64,000 bases of DNA from Albugo candida. Its lineage: Eukaryota. The stretch lies in NCBI GenBank assembly GCA_040437565.1, contig JBDOQK010000011.1:434001-498000 (forward strand), written 5' to 3'. The notes below the pieces were generated by a model. That model was not told the DNA's origin. It ran no database searches and worked only from the letters and a program-made list of their open reading frames with translations. Position numbers and translations under genes: made by a program. Of this stretch, positions 1-11,596 are shown one piece after another (position 1 is the first letter of the stretch; every line of letters starts with the position of its first letter).

Positions 1-634
1 TCTTCACCTGTGGCATCCGTGTGAGAATTTCAGCTTTTGCACAAACTCCATTCAGCCCAACAACATCGCTCAATGCTCCTTCGACAGCATTAGCAATCAT
101 TGGTGAAATTTGAGGATTATACGCTTGGAGCAACTCGGTAGCTTTCGCATCATTACACAAATACACGCCTTCTGCATAGCAGTACCCTTGGTTGAAATAC
201 TTTGCATATTTCTCTTCGTCATCAGCCCGCTTCCCATTCTCCAAATCCTTTGCTTTATTTTTAAACGACATCGCGAATCCCGCGACAATGAAAAACACTG
301 TCATAAGCGCCATCACCACGCAATTGTACAGCACGAGTAAGACGCGGGAACGTGTGAATGACCCAATTAATCCGATGAGGCCCACGCCGATCACACAACC
401 ACCGACAATCTTCCCAATTAGAAGCGGCGTATCGAACTTTGACTCGTATGAAGTGTCCCGCACCGCATCGTACCAACCTTCATTCCTGACTCGCGATACT
501 AAAACGATAATAAACACTCCGATTCCAATGAAAATGAGATTCAAAATGCCGAATAACGCGCGTAAGACGAGACGCTGGCTTGGTCGGTCATCTTCTCTCT
601 TATTATAGTACTCTTCGGGCTCCGAGTTATGCAT
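1..634 (-). CDS. Tetraspanin-like membrane protein, 3' end runs off the window
   Basis: Manual translation from ATG 634 gives MHNSEPEEYY...LVLRALFGILNLIFIGIGVFIIVLV...KIVGGCVIGVGLIGLIGSF...LLVLYNCVVMALMTVFFIVAGFAM...FNQGYCYAEGVYLCND, open to position 1. It has three hydrophobic helices and then a Cys-containing loop matching the paralog at 18851-19783 (FERAYCYAQGSFICNE). Confidence 0.8.
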   Translation of the reverse strand, partial: MHNSEPEEYYNKREDDRPSQRLVLRALFGILNLIFIGIGVFIIVLVSRVRNEGWYDAVRDTSYESKFDTPLLIGKIVGGCVIGVGLIGLIGSFTRSRVLLVLYNCVVMALMTVFFIVAGFAMSFKNKAKDLENGKRADDEEKYAKYFNQGYCYAEGVYLCNDAKATELLQAYNPQISPMIANAVEGALSDVVGLNGVCAKAEILTRMPQVK

Positions 635-958
635 TTGAATAGCGTCGTATTGTCAAATAGAATGGTATTTTGTAATAAACAATGGATTTAGGAGCGAAAA
701 GAGTGTTACGTAATGTGTAGGGTACAGTTGCACAATCATGTGTCAAATCATAAGGCAAGACATCTCTACCGTTTGTGGCGCACGCACTAGATGCGCATTG
801 TACCGCTTTTACCGCGATTTAACTGTGTAAGGTTCTGTGTGTGAATTGTAACCAATGAAAATGATTCATAAGAAATCGAAGAATACCACTACGATCGCAT
901 TCAGAAACGCACAAAAGAGAGGCAGAAGTTCTTCGCAGAATAATAATACATTTGAGAA

Positions 959-3886
959 ATGGACCCTTCCGAAGTATGTGTATTGGTTGTAGAAGATGAT
1001 GAATTCACACGCATGGCTACGATCGATATATTACGCTCTTGTCGCTATGAAGTATTCGCGGTGGAGAATGGAAAAGAAGCTTTGAACGCACTTATGCAGG
1101 AACCTACAAAGTACGATTTAGTACTTTGCGATGTTATGTTACCTGTTATGAATGGAATTCAACTGTTAGCGGCAATGATGGAACGCAATGGCATTGCATC
1201 AACGCATTCCGTAGCTTTGCATCATATTCCTGTCGTAATGACCTCAAGCAATGAGGAAATGGATGTGGTCACCAACTGTCTTAGTAAAGGCGCCAAGGAT
1301 TACCTCATCAAACCGATACAAGTCAACACGGCTAAGACTTTAGTGCGGCATGTATGGCTGAGCCAGCAACAAGACCAGCAGCGCGCATTTCCACCAAGTC
1401 AATTTTCTTCTTTCTCACAAAACCAGCACTTAGCAAACGGAAATACATTCCATACAAACGCAAACAAGTCAAAACTGAACGCTTCCTTGTGGCAAGATCT
1501 AGAAATGATTCGAAATATTGGAAAGGGAACACATGGAAATGTGGTGCTGGCTAAACGTCGCGTGGATGGAGCTATTGTAGCAGTCAAACGCGTCCAAACT
1601 TCACAAATTAGTGAGAGTGGGAAGAAACAAGCCGATAACGAAGTGGTGTTATTACAATCGTTATATCATGTTAACATCGTTCGTTTTTATGATCATTTTA
1701 TGATTGCCGATGAGTTAAATATCGTCATGGAGTACTCGGATGGCGGGAACTTGAGACAACTCGTCAAAATGAGATCGAGAGAAAAAATGGGACCTTTTCC
1801 GGAAGCCGTTATTATGTCGTGGTTTGCGCAATTGGTCCTCGCGGTGGCGTATATTCACGGAAAAAACGTCCTACATCGTGATTTAAAGGCTCAGAATGTG
1901 TTTTTGACACGGAAAAATGTTGTCAAGTTGGGCGATTTTGGAATTTCGAAAGCATTGGCAGGTGATGTTACAGCAAACACCGCGTGTGGAACGCCAGAAA
2001 GCATGTCACCTGAGATTTGTCGCGGTGAGCCATATGGGAAAAAGTCGGATGTGTGGTCTTTGGGATGCATTTTGTATGAGATGATCATGTTACGGCGACC
2101 TTTTGAAGCCAAAACGTTGCCCGATATATTCACTAAGATTTGCATTGGAGAGTATCCAGCCATACCTCAAAATGTTTGCTCACGAGAATTGCGTCTTTTG
2201 GTTCAGTTGATGCTCCAGTTGGATGCTAGTAAGCGTCCCACTATCGAAGACATTTGTCGCTTCCCTTTTGTCCAGGGTCCCATTCAAGCTTTCTTGTCCG
2301 AGCACGTGGCAGAGTTTCAAGAAGCGTTAGAATTGGAAGCAAAGCTACATCAACCATCATTGTATACTGCTCGTAACACAGTCATGTCGCCAGTATCACC
2401 CAGCTTGCGCCGGAAAGGCACTTTGGATGACAGTATACCATTTCATTCTCCAAAATTGGATCGAAGCATTTCTCCAAGCTCCAACCGCTCAATAAAGGAC
2501 CCATCTCCGACCTCATTACTCAATAAAAGAAGTAGTTATCAGCATCTTATACAATCGGCTTCTAGTCCTTCCGAGCAAGTGCGTGGAAAACTTCGAGATT
2601 CCGCTATTGCGGCGGTCGCAGCGGGTCTGATTGATACTGCGCATCCTTCCAAACCTCATGAAAAAACGTCAATGGATTCTATCAGCGCGCATGAGGAGTC
2701 GGACGCCATCAAAAGCACTCCAGTCAGTGGTACCGAAGACACGCTGGCTGATGCACTTCGATCCAAAGTCGATATTCAAAATATTCGCCCAGGATTCTTC
2801 ACGACGTACACTGCATGTGTTTCCGGGTTTGACGTGTGCTATGCGCTCCAGCGTCATTTTAGCAAATCAGAGAAAGAAGCGTATGATATGGTCGAGCGAT
2901 TGGTTCAAAATAAGACGCTGAATATGGTGATGGCCGACAGCACAAAATGCCCAAAATGGGACTCTCCGACGACGTACCTTCGATTCCAAGTCGACGAATC
3001 GTTCGTACCTTTAAACAAGAAGTTTATCGCCTCGGAGCTGTCTTCAGTGCATCCTATGGAGCTCTGTATTAAAGTGCGTGAAGCCATTGCATTATTGCAT
3101 GCCGATGCACTCTTCCCGGACGGTATACATACCGGTTTTTCTACGTGTCAAGGATATGCGATTGATCAAAATGTGAAATCAGACGACGTATTTTCCAACA
3201 GTCAAGGGTATACTGAAGCTCGTGCGAGTGTCTTTCATGCTCCTATCGCCAAGCAATACCGGTCTTTCCTCCGGCTAGTAGCCAAATTTCAGCAAGTCGA
3301 TCTGAAGCAATTGGCGAAACATGATCGACAAGCATTTTTTATCAACGTGTATAATACTATGGTTCTCCACGGGTTTATCGAATTTGGTGTCCCACAAAAC
3401 TCTGGACAGTATCGAGCATTTGAGAAAGACGTTCAGTACGTATTTGGCGAATTTCGATTTACATTGGGCGACATCAAGCACGGTATTATTCGATGCAATC
3501 GTAAACCTCCTAGTAATTATTGGGACCGCCAACTGCAACCCCAGGATTCGAGGTTACAATTTCGTCTTCATATTCGTGATCCTCGATCGCTATTGGTGCT
3601 TATTGATATGTGTGAACCAATCCCGTGCGCCGATGATGTTGCGATTATTCGATCCGGACGGACAGATACGGATTTAGAAGAACAAGTGGAGAAATTCTGT
3701 AATCGTCATGTGTTTATACACGAAGATATACAAGAAGTCGAGCTACCCCGTCTTTTCCGCGTGTTTCGCGACGATTTTGGAGCAGCAGAATGTGATATGA
3801 TCTCATGGCTGTTACAATATTTTCATAACCCTCCAGCCCATTTGATAACATTTCGTGTTCGATATTGCAGTGGGATTTCATGTTGA
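959..3886 (+). CDS. Multidomain protein: response-regulator receiver (REC) + NEK/NimA-type Ser/Thr kinase + DEP + DUF547-like domain
   Basis: Intronless 975-aa ORF. REC motifs: VLVVEDD, DLVLCDVMLP, VMTSS, YLIKP. Kinase motifs: GKGTHGNV, VAVK, HRDLKAQN, DFG, MSPE, DVWSLG. DEP-like stretch: YTACVSGFDVCYAL...YLRFQ. DUF547-like stretch: AFFINVYNTMVLHG...FTLGDIKHGIIR...DPR. Confidence 0.9.
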   Translation: MDPSEVCVLVVEDDEFTRMATIDILRSCRYEVFAVENGKEALNALMQEPTKYDLVLCDVMLPVMNGIQLLAAMMERNGIASTHSVALHHIPVVMTSSNEEMDVVTNCLSKGAKDYLIKPIQVNTAKTLVRHVWLSQQQDQQRAFPPSQFSSFSQNQHLANGNTFHTNANKSKLNASLWQDLEMIRNIGKGTHGNVVLAKRRVDGAIVAVKRVQTSQISESGKKQADNEVVLLQSLYHVNIVRFYDHFMIADELNIVMEYSDGGNLRQLVKMRSREKMGPFPEAVIMSWFAQLVLAVAYIHGKNVLHRDLKAQNVFLTRKNVVKLGDFGISKALAGDVTANTACGTPESMSPEICRGEPYGKKSDVWSLGCILYEMIMLRRPFEAKTLPDIFTKICIGEYPAIPQNVCSRELRLLVQLMLQLDASKRPTIEDICRFPFVQGPIQAFLSEHVAEFQEALELEAKLHQPSLYTARNTVMSPVSPSLRRKGTLDDSIPFHSPKLDRSISPSSNRSIKDPSPTSLLNKRSSYQHLIQSASSPSEQVRGKLRDSAIAAVAAGLIDTAHPSKPHEKTSMDSISAHEESDAIKSTPVSGTEDTLADALRSKVDIQNIRPGFFTTYTACVSGFDVCYALQRHFSKSEKEAYDMVERLVQNKTLNMVMADSTKCPKWDSPTTYLRFQVDESFVPLNKKFIASELSSVHPMELCIKVREAIALLHADALFPDGIHTGFSTCQGYAIDQNVKSDDVFSNSQGYTEARASVFHAPIAKQYRSFLRLVAKFQQVDLKQLAKHDRQAFFINVYNTMVLHGFIEFGVPQNSGQYRAFEKDVQYVFGEFRFTLGDIKHGIIRCNRKPPSNYWDRQLQPQDSRLQFRLHIRDPRSLLVLIDMCEPIPCADDVAIIRSGRTDTDLEEQVEKFCNRHVFIHEDIQEVELPRLFRVFRDDFGAAECDMISWLLQYFHNPPAHLITFRVRYCSGISC

Positions 3887-3967
3887 TGCAACAAAACAAG
3901 ATGGTCACTGTTTTTATACTTAATATTCAGCAGGATATACTGCAACTCAATGAGAACGCTACTTTTA

Positions 3968-4847
3968 TCATAAAATGGTACACCGATACCGCCTCCTTTC
4001 TTTCTTCTTAATAGGAGTCGGTAGCGGTATGCGTTTGGGCGGAGGCGTCTCCATTCTTCTAATCGCACGAACCACTTGGTAAAAGCATTCTTCATGGTTA
4101 ATCTAGGAGATAGCCTAAAGTCAAAATTAAAAGTCAGCTTTCAGGCATTTTACCTTAAATTTCGCACTCGTCTCCATAAAATCGCACTTCCATTCTTCAG
4201 CAAGTCTTCTTCCTGCTTCTTCTGGGACTTGTCGATGCTTTTCTAAATCTGTTTTATTTCCTACCAAAACACTGAGAGGAGTCTTATTATCTGTGATAGA
4301 CCATGTCTTCTACACGTACATTGGCACGGTTTCTGCGTCCTTTGCGCGCAGAATCTTGTCTTTGAAGGGGAGAATCTCGTCGAATGAGCTTTGACTGGTT
4401 ATGTTGTACACTAATAAAAAGCCTTTTCCTTCTCGCATCCACTAAAAAACCTGTAAATTCGGGGAACCGTAAAGGCTCATTGCAACTCAAACCTGATCTT
4501 GCATGGATGTATACTCTTCTTGTCCTGCTGTATCGAGAATGTCTAGTAAGGCGGGTTCATCGTCCAGAAGCGTTTGCTTTCGGTAACTATCCTCTAATTG
4601 AGCGCATATAAGACATCGGAATATCGTAAACGTTAATTTTCGCACCGATTGTCGGATCGTAATCTTCTAAAAAATTCTCGGTAATCAGTCGAATTGTCAA
4701 CGCAGATTTACCGACACCGCCGCTGCCTAATACCACCTAGAATAAAACGATTTGATTACAGTTTGCATTACCGTAAGGCGATCAGGTGATGGATGAAGAC
4801 AGTTAAGTTACCAACTTGTATTCTTTGATCAAATCGACCTCAGTCAT
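3968..4847 (-). CDS. RAS: Ras-family small GTPase (multi-exon)
   Basis: Spliced reading: [28 protein letters not shown]...YDPTI|EDSYRKQ...[11 protein letters not shown]...GNKTD...ETSAK, ending in the polybasic CAAX tail [13 protein letters not shown]. Introns are GT-AG. Confidence 0.92.
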
Positions 4848-5162
4848 AGCTTCTGAATTTATAGTACACTTTTTGTATTATAAGCACATTGAAATTTGAG
4901 GAAATACTACATTAAGATTTGTGNNNNNNNNNNNNNNNNNNNNNNNNNNNNNNNNNNNNNNNNNNNNNNNNNNNNNNNNNNNNNNNNNNNNNNNNNNNNN
5001 NNNNNNNNNNNNNNNNNNNNNNNTTAAGATTTGTGGTCCACACAAAATTGTCCTTTCGCAAATTTTTAGTTTTGAGTTATAGCACGAAGCAGAATTCCTC
5101 TACTCGGCTTGATACAGACGGGCGTATATTAAGTTAGACAGACATAGGACGACTGCTTTAGT

Positions 5163-5626
5163 TTAACTGTTGTAGTCGCGGTCGCTAACACTTTCTTGAT
5201 CTGATTCTTCATCACTCGAGACTGAATCGAATGCATCATCAGACTCGTCAATGTTAGACGATTCATCGTCACTTTGTTGAGCTAGAAATGCGTCGTAAAG
5301 ACACAATATTTAAAATAGATTACTATAGCGTACCGCTCATAAGCGCTTGTTGTTGCTTCAACGCAGCAAGCAGATCACGAACGAGTTCGTTCTTTGGCTC
5401 AATAGCTATGACTGATGTGGCCATTAGATCCGCGCACATTCCATCGACAAAGCCTACTCTCTTTTGCGCGTGTCTCAGTATTCGTCAGATCATGTTCCTG
5501 AGTCGCTTTCAGAAAATCCAAAATCAGTGAAATCGGCGCACTTTCCAATGAGCATGCGCCACCTTTGACAATACTACCGACTCGGTGCGCATTTTCTTTC
5601 TGAGGGCCACGACGGAAATCGTCCAT
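5163..5626 (-). CDS. Small acidic-tailed protein, ERICH2 (glutamate-rich 2)-like
   Basis: Three exons join in frame: ...APISLILDFLKATQEHDLTNTETRAKE|IIAIEPKNELVRDLLAAL...|AQQSDDESSNIDESDD...*. This resembles, from memory, the ERICH2 core (APLEL.AEFL.A...IL..EP.N) followed by an acidic tail. Confidence 0.55.
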
Positions 5627-5692
5627 TTTGTTTGCAACGATTCGACTCTCTATCGTATACTTATACTATAAAGTACTCTCCTATTTATATCT

Positions 5693-7157
5693 TTATCGCA
5701 GACTGATTTTATGGGCAGAATATAATCCGTCGGATTCATGTAACTCACGCTCGATTGCAACAAAACTTGGAAAAGTAATTTGCTGGTTTTCCTCGGATGC
5801 TTGAAGATGCAGAATTGCCAGGTTATTGATTGCAAAGGGTTCTTTATACACATGGATTTGTACCGATTGGCATTCGTACAGGAAACAAATTCGTTGCTGC
5901 TTGATAATGTGTCGTGAAGTATCAACTCGCCGACGAACTGCGTATGAGTACTCGCGTGCATTCAGTACTCGTTTCAAGTGAACCCTACGCGGGTATTTTC
6001 AAAGTTGAACACAAAGGGATTGTTTACACGTACATTTCCCCGGATTCCAAATACCGAACCGTAGTCATTCCATAGGAGGAAATTCCATACTGCGTCCGAC
6101 ATCGCACAAACGAGTAATCTTTGCTCGTTTCTGTCAATACATAGGCATTTGTTATCAATGCTATAAGTTGCCTATTTGCGATAAAACAAACCAGCTTCTT
6201 CCGGTTGCAAATAAACTTTTTCCACTTCGAAATCCTCATAATCGATAGAAATATTATTTTTTGATGGAGCTTCTCGTAAAAGAAACTTTCTTGAAGCTCG
6301 AACGGTTGTCGGAATACCACAGAGCACTGCCGCAGTATCGATCAAACGTTGCATTTTCTTCTCAAATCCGGCGGAATTGTCGAAAACAAATAATTTCGGA
6401 TGTCCAACCCAAGCACGACATGTGCGCTCATCAATTATACGGGCTTGTTCCAGAGTTTCCAGCCGTGCATCATTATTATCCAGAGTATAGAATTTTTCTG
6501 CTCCTTTGGCTGCAGTGACAAGATGGAAGACTGCTATGTACCGAGTATCACGCAACGTCACCGTATCCAAATCATGCTCGAGTTTAAGCTCTTCCCATTG
6601 ATCTGTGCTCATATAAGCCGAACCGTCCATTGCCCCACGGTCGCATAAAATCACACAAGGTAGATTAGTGTCCTGTGCCAATGAGTTGAAAGAGTCTTCT
6701 AAAGCCATCTGGAGCTTCAGTAGGTGCCATTGAAAATTCACGATATCTCTTTCTTCCAAATCGCTAAAAATGTGATACGCTTTTATAATAGCTTGAACTG
6801 AGGTTAAGGACCGAAAACGTACACGAAAAGCGCACCGCCTGTTTGAAGTATAGTAGATGCTTCGGGTACGATGTACACACGAAAGCCGCGATCACTAAAG
6901 TGGTACTAGAATTTACAAAGGTTTTTTGAAAATGCTATGTATCAGTTGTACCGAAAAAATGTTGACAGTCGCTCAAGAGAAGTCGTTTTCCCAGCACACG
7001 GGCCACCAGTGAGCACAAATTTATAAATTGGAGCAACATCGCTCTCGCCGGCTTGTAATGGACTGAGAAGTGGAGGTTGCGATAATGAACTGGCTCGACT
7101 GAGAATCGACCTACAGCTCACACGGAGAGTACCTTTATCGAGTGGTGTCGTTGACAT
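5693..7157 (-). CDS. P-loop (AAA_28/NadR-like) + CYTH-like protein, TTD14-like (multi-exon)
   Basis: N-terminal motifs KFVLTGGPCAGKTT, VPEAST, CDRGAMDGSAY and AWVGHP. C-terminal CYTH-like exons: DFEVEKVYL, SFVRCR, KQQRICFLY, FPSFVAIERE. Confidence 0.8.
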
Positions 7158-7251
7158 TGATGGGAAATATAAAACAGCACAGGTTCTCACAACCCAACCC
7201 TGCTCGAACGATGACTATAAAGTGTCAAACAAGATCAAATCCGACATGTTT

Positions 7252-9775
7252 TTATAAAAAAGTGCTGTAACCGTCATACGCAAACACACAACTTCTCATC
7301 TGTCCAGCTCCCTCCACACCGGCTCTGCGCGGAAGTGCGTTTGCGGTAACTTCCCCGCTGCAATGCGCAAACATTCTAAAAGGGAAACCAGCGCTAAAAT
7401 GCGTCAAAACAATGCGTCTCGCTCTCATCTTTTTGGCTACTAGCATAGCTTCCTGCACAGTAGAATGACGTTTTCTTACAGCATCCTCTTGCCGTGTATC
7501 TGCAAATGTAGCTTCGTGTATCAGTAGATCGACATCCATTCCTGCTTCAATGAGCGCATTACACGGTCTTGTATCGCCAGAATAAAGCAAACGGCGGCCG
7601 TTGGACAATGTGAGTACAACTCCATACGAGTCATAGCAGTGATGCACTGGCACGCTTTGTATATCAGATAAAATGCCGCATTTGGAATTTGAGCTATCAA
7701 CTGTAGAAGTATCTTGCCAAAAACGCAATGAGTACGAGCAACTATTCATCGCACGACACGTAATCAGGTGAATGTGAGGACATATATGCGTGTCCTCACA
7801 CGTTCGAATGAATTGTAGTACGCTGTGTGGTGCAATCACGAGTAAAATTTGATTCGAATTCCGTGCAAACACCTCCAAAAGCGTCAGTATACCAGCTTGG
7901 TGATCCGCATGATGGTGGGAGATCCATATTCCACACAAATTTGCTACGCGCTCTATGCCTTCCTTTCGACCGTAATATCTGCACAAATTGCCAAAAGTTC
8001 CTTCACCGCAGTCTAATAAAAAACCTTCTTTACCGCTACAAAAATCCAAGTAAATGCCACTACTTCCACGCAATTTTGATGGAGCAGCGCAACCCGTGCC
8101 CAAAAATACAACTCTAACATCAGTAAGCCTTTTCTCTAGGCGATCAATCGGATTAAGTTGTGGAGGGTTTTCCTGCTTCGATAAGAAACCAACGTGCTTT
8201 AACAGCTTTTTCCATCCCGTCATTTCATACTCAAAATACGTCTGGACTGTCGATTTGGGATGATTGAACCAGTAAACGAGTTGAGATTGTGCGAGATGCG
8301 TCTCAACCCGAATTTCTGGGAAGAGTAGACGACTTGGTGGACTGCTACGAGTTGTTACACACTTTTGCAAGTATCGAGCTAGATGGAAGTGATTAGAATT
8401 AGTGTGAAATTTTGCTCCTTTTCGTCGTATAGCGGCAAGCGCAGAAGACTTGAAGGTATAACTGAAGACTCCATCGGCTGTTGTTTCTAGCGTCTCGCTA
8501 TCATATACTAGATGCTTCGTATCCTCTGTGAAGCTATTCATCCATCTAGCATACCTTCAAATTAAAATTCAGCTTGGCATGAGCTTCGTTGAATAAAAAA
8601 TATCTTACTCGGCATGCATAAGGATATATTTCGGAGTCAAGTGGACGACCAGCACCGGACGATGAGCGTCACATGGTTTGAAGCGTCGTACCAAGTCGGC
8701 GACGAATGATTGATGAGGACACGTGATGACCCAGCCAATTCGAATAACGTCTTGAAAGAATCTAAAGTCATATATGAGCAATCAGGTGATAAAAGTTGCA
8801 ATACGTACGTTAAAACATAGCAGATAGGATCCTCGCTCTGATCTGCGTTACAATCATTCCTACTAGGCTTTAGTGAAACGTAAATGGTATCAAAATCGTC
8901 TTTAAAAATGGAATCTGGCGCTGGACATGTTCGTTTCCTCTTCCCAGTCAGCTGGGTTGTGGTACAGCTGGATCCCTCACAGTATTTCTGGATCAACATA
9001 TCACGAAGTACGTGCTCTCGTCCAGAGAATTGCCTGAGAATTTGAGCTGCGTGATGTTTTTTTTCAGGATGGTGATGTGAGTAAAACTCTTCCAGCCATG
9101 CTTGATCTATGGTGGCAGTTCGGTCCAGAACCCAATACGTTTCGTTTTTATCTGAAGAATTCGCAGAATCAGAGTCCGAGCTCGACGACGTTGATGAATT
9201 CTTCAATGAATCGGTCTGAATTGAGTGCGAACAGGGGTCTTCAGCGCCGTCTGGTTGTGTGGAATGTGGACGTAAGCAAAAGCCTGATATTTGAGCATGA
9301 GTGTCACGCATTTGGAAGTCTGCAATGTCGTTACAAATGACTGCGGCCGAAGTCGTTTCTTGCTCAATTTCAGTGCAATTCAGCTCTGGATAACGTCGTC
9401 GTACAAACGAATGAAGCGACTGTAGATAAGCGTTTGATCGCTTTGGACCGTACAGATGTAGATGACTGGCTCCACATTCACCCAAAGCGAACACAAGTCC
9501 CGGAATTCCAGCCACATTCTAATTGAACTCACAAATAAAGATATGAAATCAAATGTCGTGGTCCACTTTACCCAATTGGTAAATTGCGTCAAAAACACCG
9601 AATTCAAAGTATTTACTTTGATTTGGTACTCTTTGCAAATCCGCTGAGTACCTTCTCCACAATTAAACAGATATCGCTGTAATAGCGTCACATCGTCGCT
9701 ATAAACGCCATACCTTTCGATGGAAAACAATACTGACGGAATACTTCCATCTGAACCAGTTCCAACGACATTCAT
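7252..9775 (-). CDS. ELAC2: Long-form RNase Z (ELAC2/Trz1-like tRNA 3' endonuclease), multi-exon; true start may be slightly upstream
   Basis: N-half RYLFNCGEGTQR. C-half metallo-beta-lactamase motifs FLGTG, PSKLR, LLDCGEGT, SHHHADH, YSGDTRP, HEATF, HST, LTHFS and AYDG. Confidence 0.85.
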
Positions 9776-11596
9776 TCGGATCTAACTTACAGAACAAAAA
9801 AATAGCACATGAGTAGTGTAAGTCGTTATGCAATATACCCCCAAGCGTGACGCCATTCTGTGCGGTGTGATTGGATTTGTATCGTCTTGCTTGCAGCCAA
9901 TCAACGTGCAGTTGTTTCCCATTCAAACGACGTCTCATGGAAACGATCACAAGCGAACTTATCGAGAACCTCGCTGCTCGGCTAACGCCGATAACGGATA
10001 CAAACAAGGGCTCGGAAGCACGGAAACGTACAGTCTTTTTGACGTTACTGCCGGTACTGATACCGGGTACGCCATGTAAATAAGATCAATCAATAACGAC
10101 TCACACTTTGCAGCCCTCGTTTCGCTACTTGTTGCACTAGAGAAAGTGGAAGTGGATGGACAAGAGGCCAAACGTGTAAATCCATTGACTTTCATAGCAC
10201 GTTTCCTCCTTCGGAATAATCTTTCGGCATGTATTCCGCCGGTACGAATAAAGTAATAAACTTGATTGAATCGTTCATAAAGCCGAATTTTAGTGCAAAA
10301 AGGTACAAGAGATCCAAGTCCTTCTCAGTGAGCATATGTCACTCATTCGAGATAAAGCGTGATGAACTCGGCGAAAGAGGTGATGACGACGGGATTGGTG
10401 AACATGACAGCTCAGCTTCTTCGGATGCTGAGAAGGATTCTGTCGTCTCCGTTTTTTCATCTTGTGTACTATTAATTGACTTTGGGCAACTTTTGTGGTC
10501 TTGGGAGCCAAGTATCGTGGGTTGAGCTGACGGAATGCCCAATAGCAATTGCTGATAGGAAAAGCCATCATCATTAAGCTGATTTTTGCTGGTGTCACTT
10601 CTGCTCTCTATCTCCTTGCCTACGTTTTCCAATCGCTCTTTTTTTACGTGTGATGGCATCTTTGCGTCTTGGAAAACGCCAGCATTCACATTCTACATAC
10701 CATTTGAAACGTGTCACTATCTCTCCATGGAAACACGAAAAAGAATAATACTCGTGTCGGAAGATAATCGGACAAGAGCTCTAATGGTGCATCCAAATGC
10801 TGCCGTACGCTTCGTGTCATTCGTCCAACTTTGGAAGCTCCTCTTTTCCTATCTGATCGAACGCNNNNNNNNNNNNNNNNNNNNNNNNNNNNNNNNNNNN
10901 NNNNNNNNNNNNNNNNNNNNNNNNNNNNNNNNNNNNNNNNNNNNNNNNNNNNNNNNNNNNNNNNCAGCATTCACATTCTACATACCATTTGAAACGTGTC
11001 ACTATCTCTCCATGGAAACACGAAAAAGAAGAATACTCGTGTCGGAAGATAATCGGACAAGAGCTCTAATGGTGCATCCAAATGCTGCCGTACGCTTCGT
11101 GTCATTCGTCCAACTTTGGAAGCTCCTCTTTTCCTATCTGATCGAACGCATAGACTCAGACGATAGTATTCATTGTCTGATTTTGATTATCTACCCTTGG
11201 TCTTTTTGAATGCATCTTGACGCAGTGCGGCGGTAGGTGCCTATGCAAATTTCGTAAGTACGCTTCGAGACATGGCGAACTTAGACTGCTGGCACCTTTT
11301 TGTCTATACATCAACGTCGAATTGGAACGGATGAAAAAAGCTTAGAGCAAATTATTCGCGCGTAGAAAAGTGCTGCGCATACCTGGCGCCCATTTTCGGA
11401 GTGTTATATGTCCCACTTTTCTAGTCTCCATAGACCATTTCCTTGTGCGAACTTTACGGATAGGAACGGTTTTACTGTCGGAGCCCATTCAAACGAAATG
11501 TGTGAAATCAAAAATCATTCATACCTATACGGCTATTTACACTTATTTTGGAATATTACAGAAAACTACAAATCAGGCCAGAGCCACAACCTTTGA

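Noticed and set aside
9860-11311. Possible spliced minus-strand gene with a Ser-rich exon (10339-10689)
   Set aside because: A gene is plausible given the local density, but I could not build a consistent model or recognise a domain, and a gap interrupts the region.
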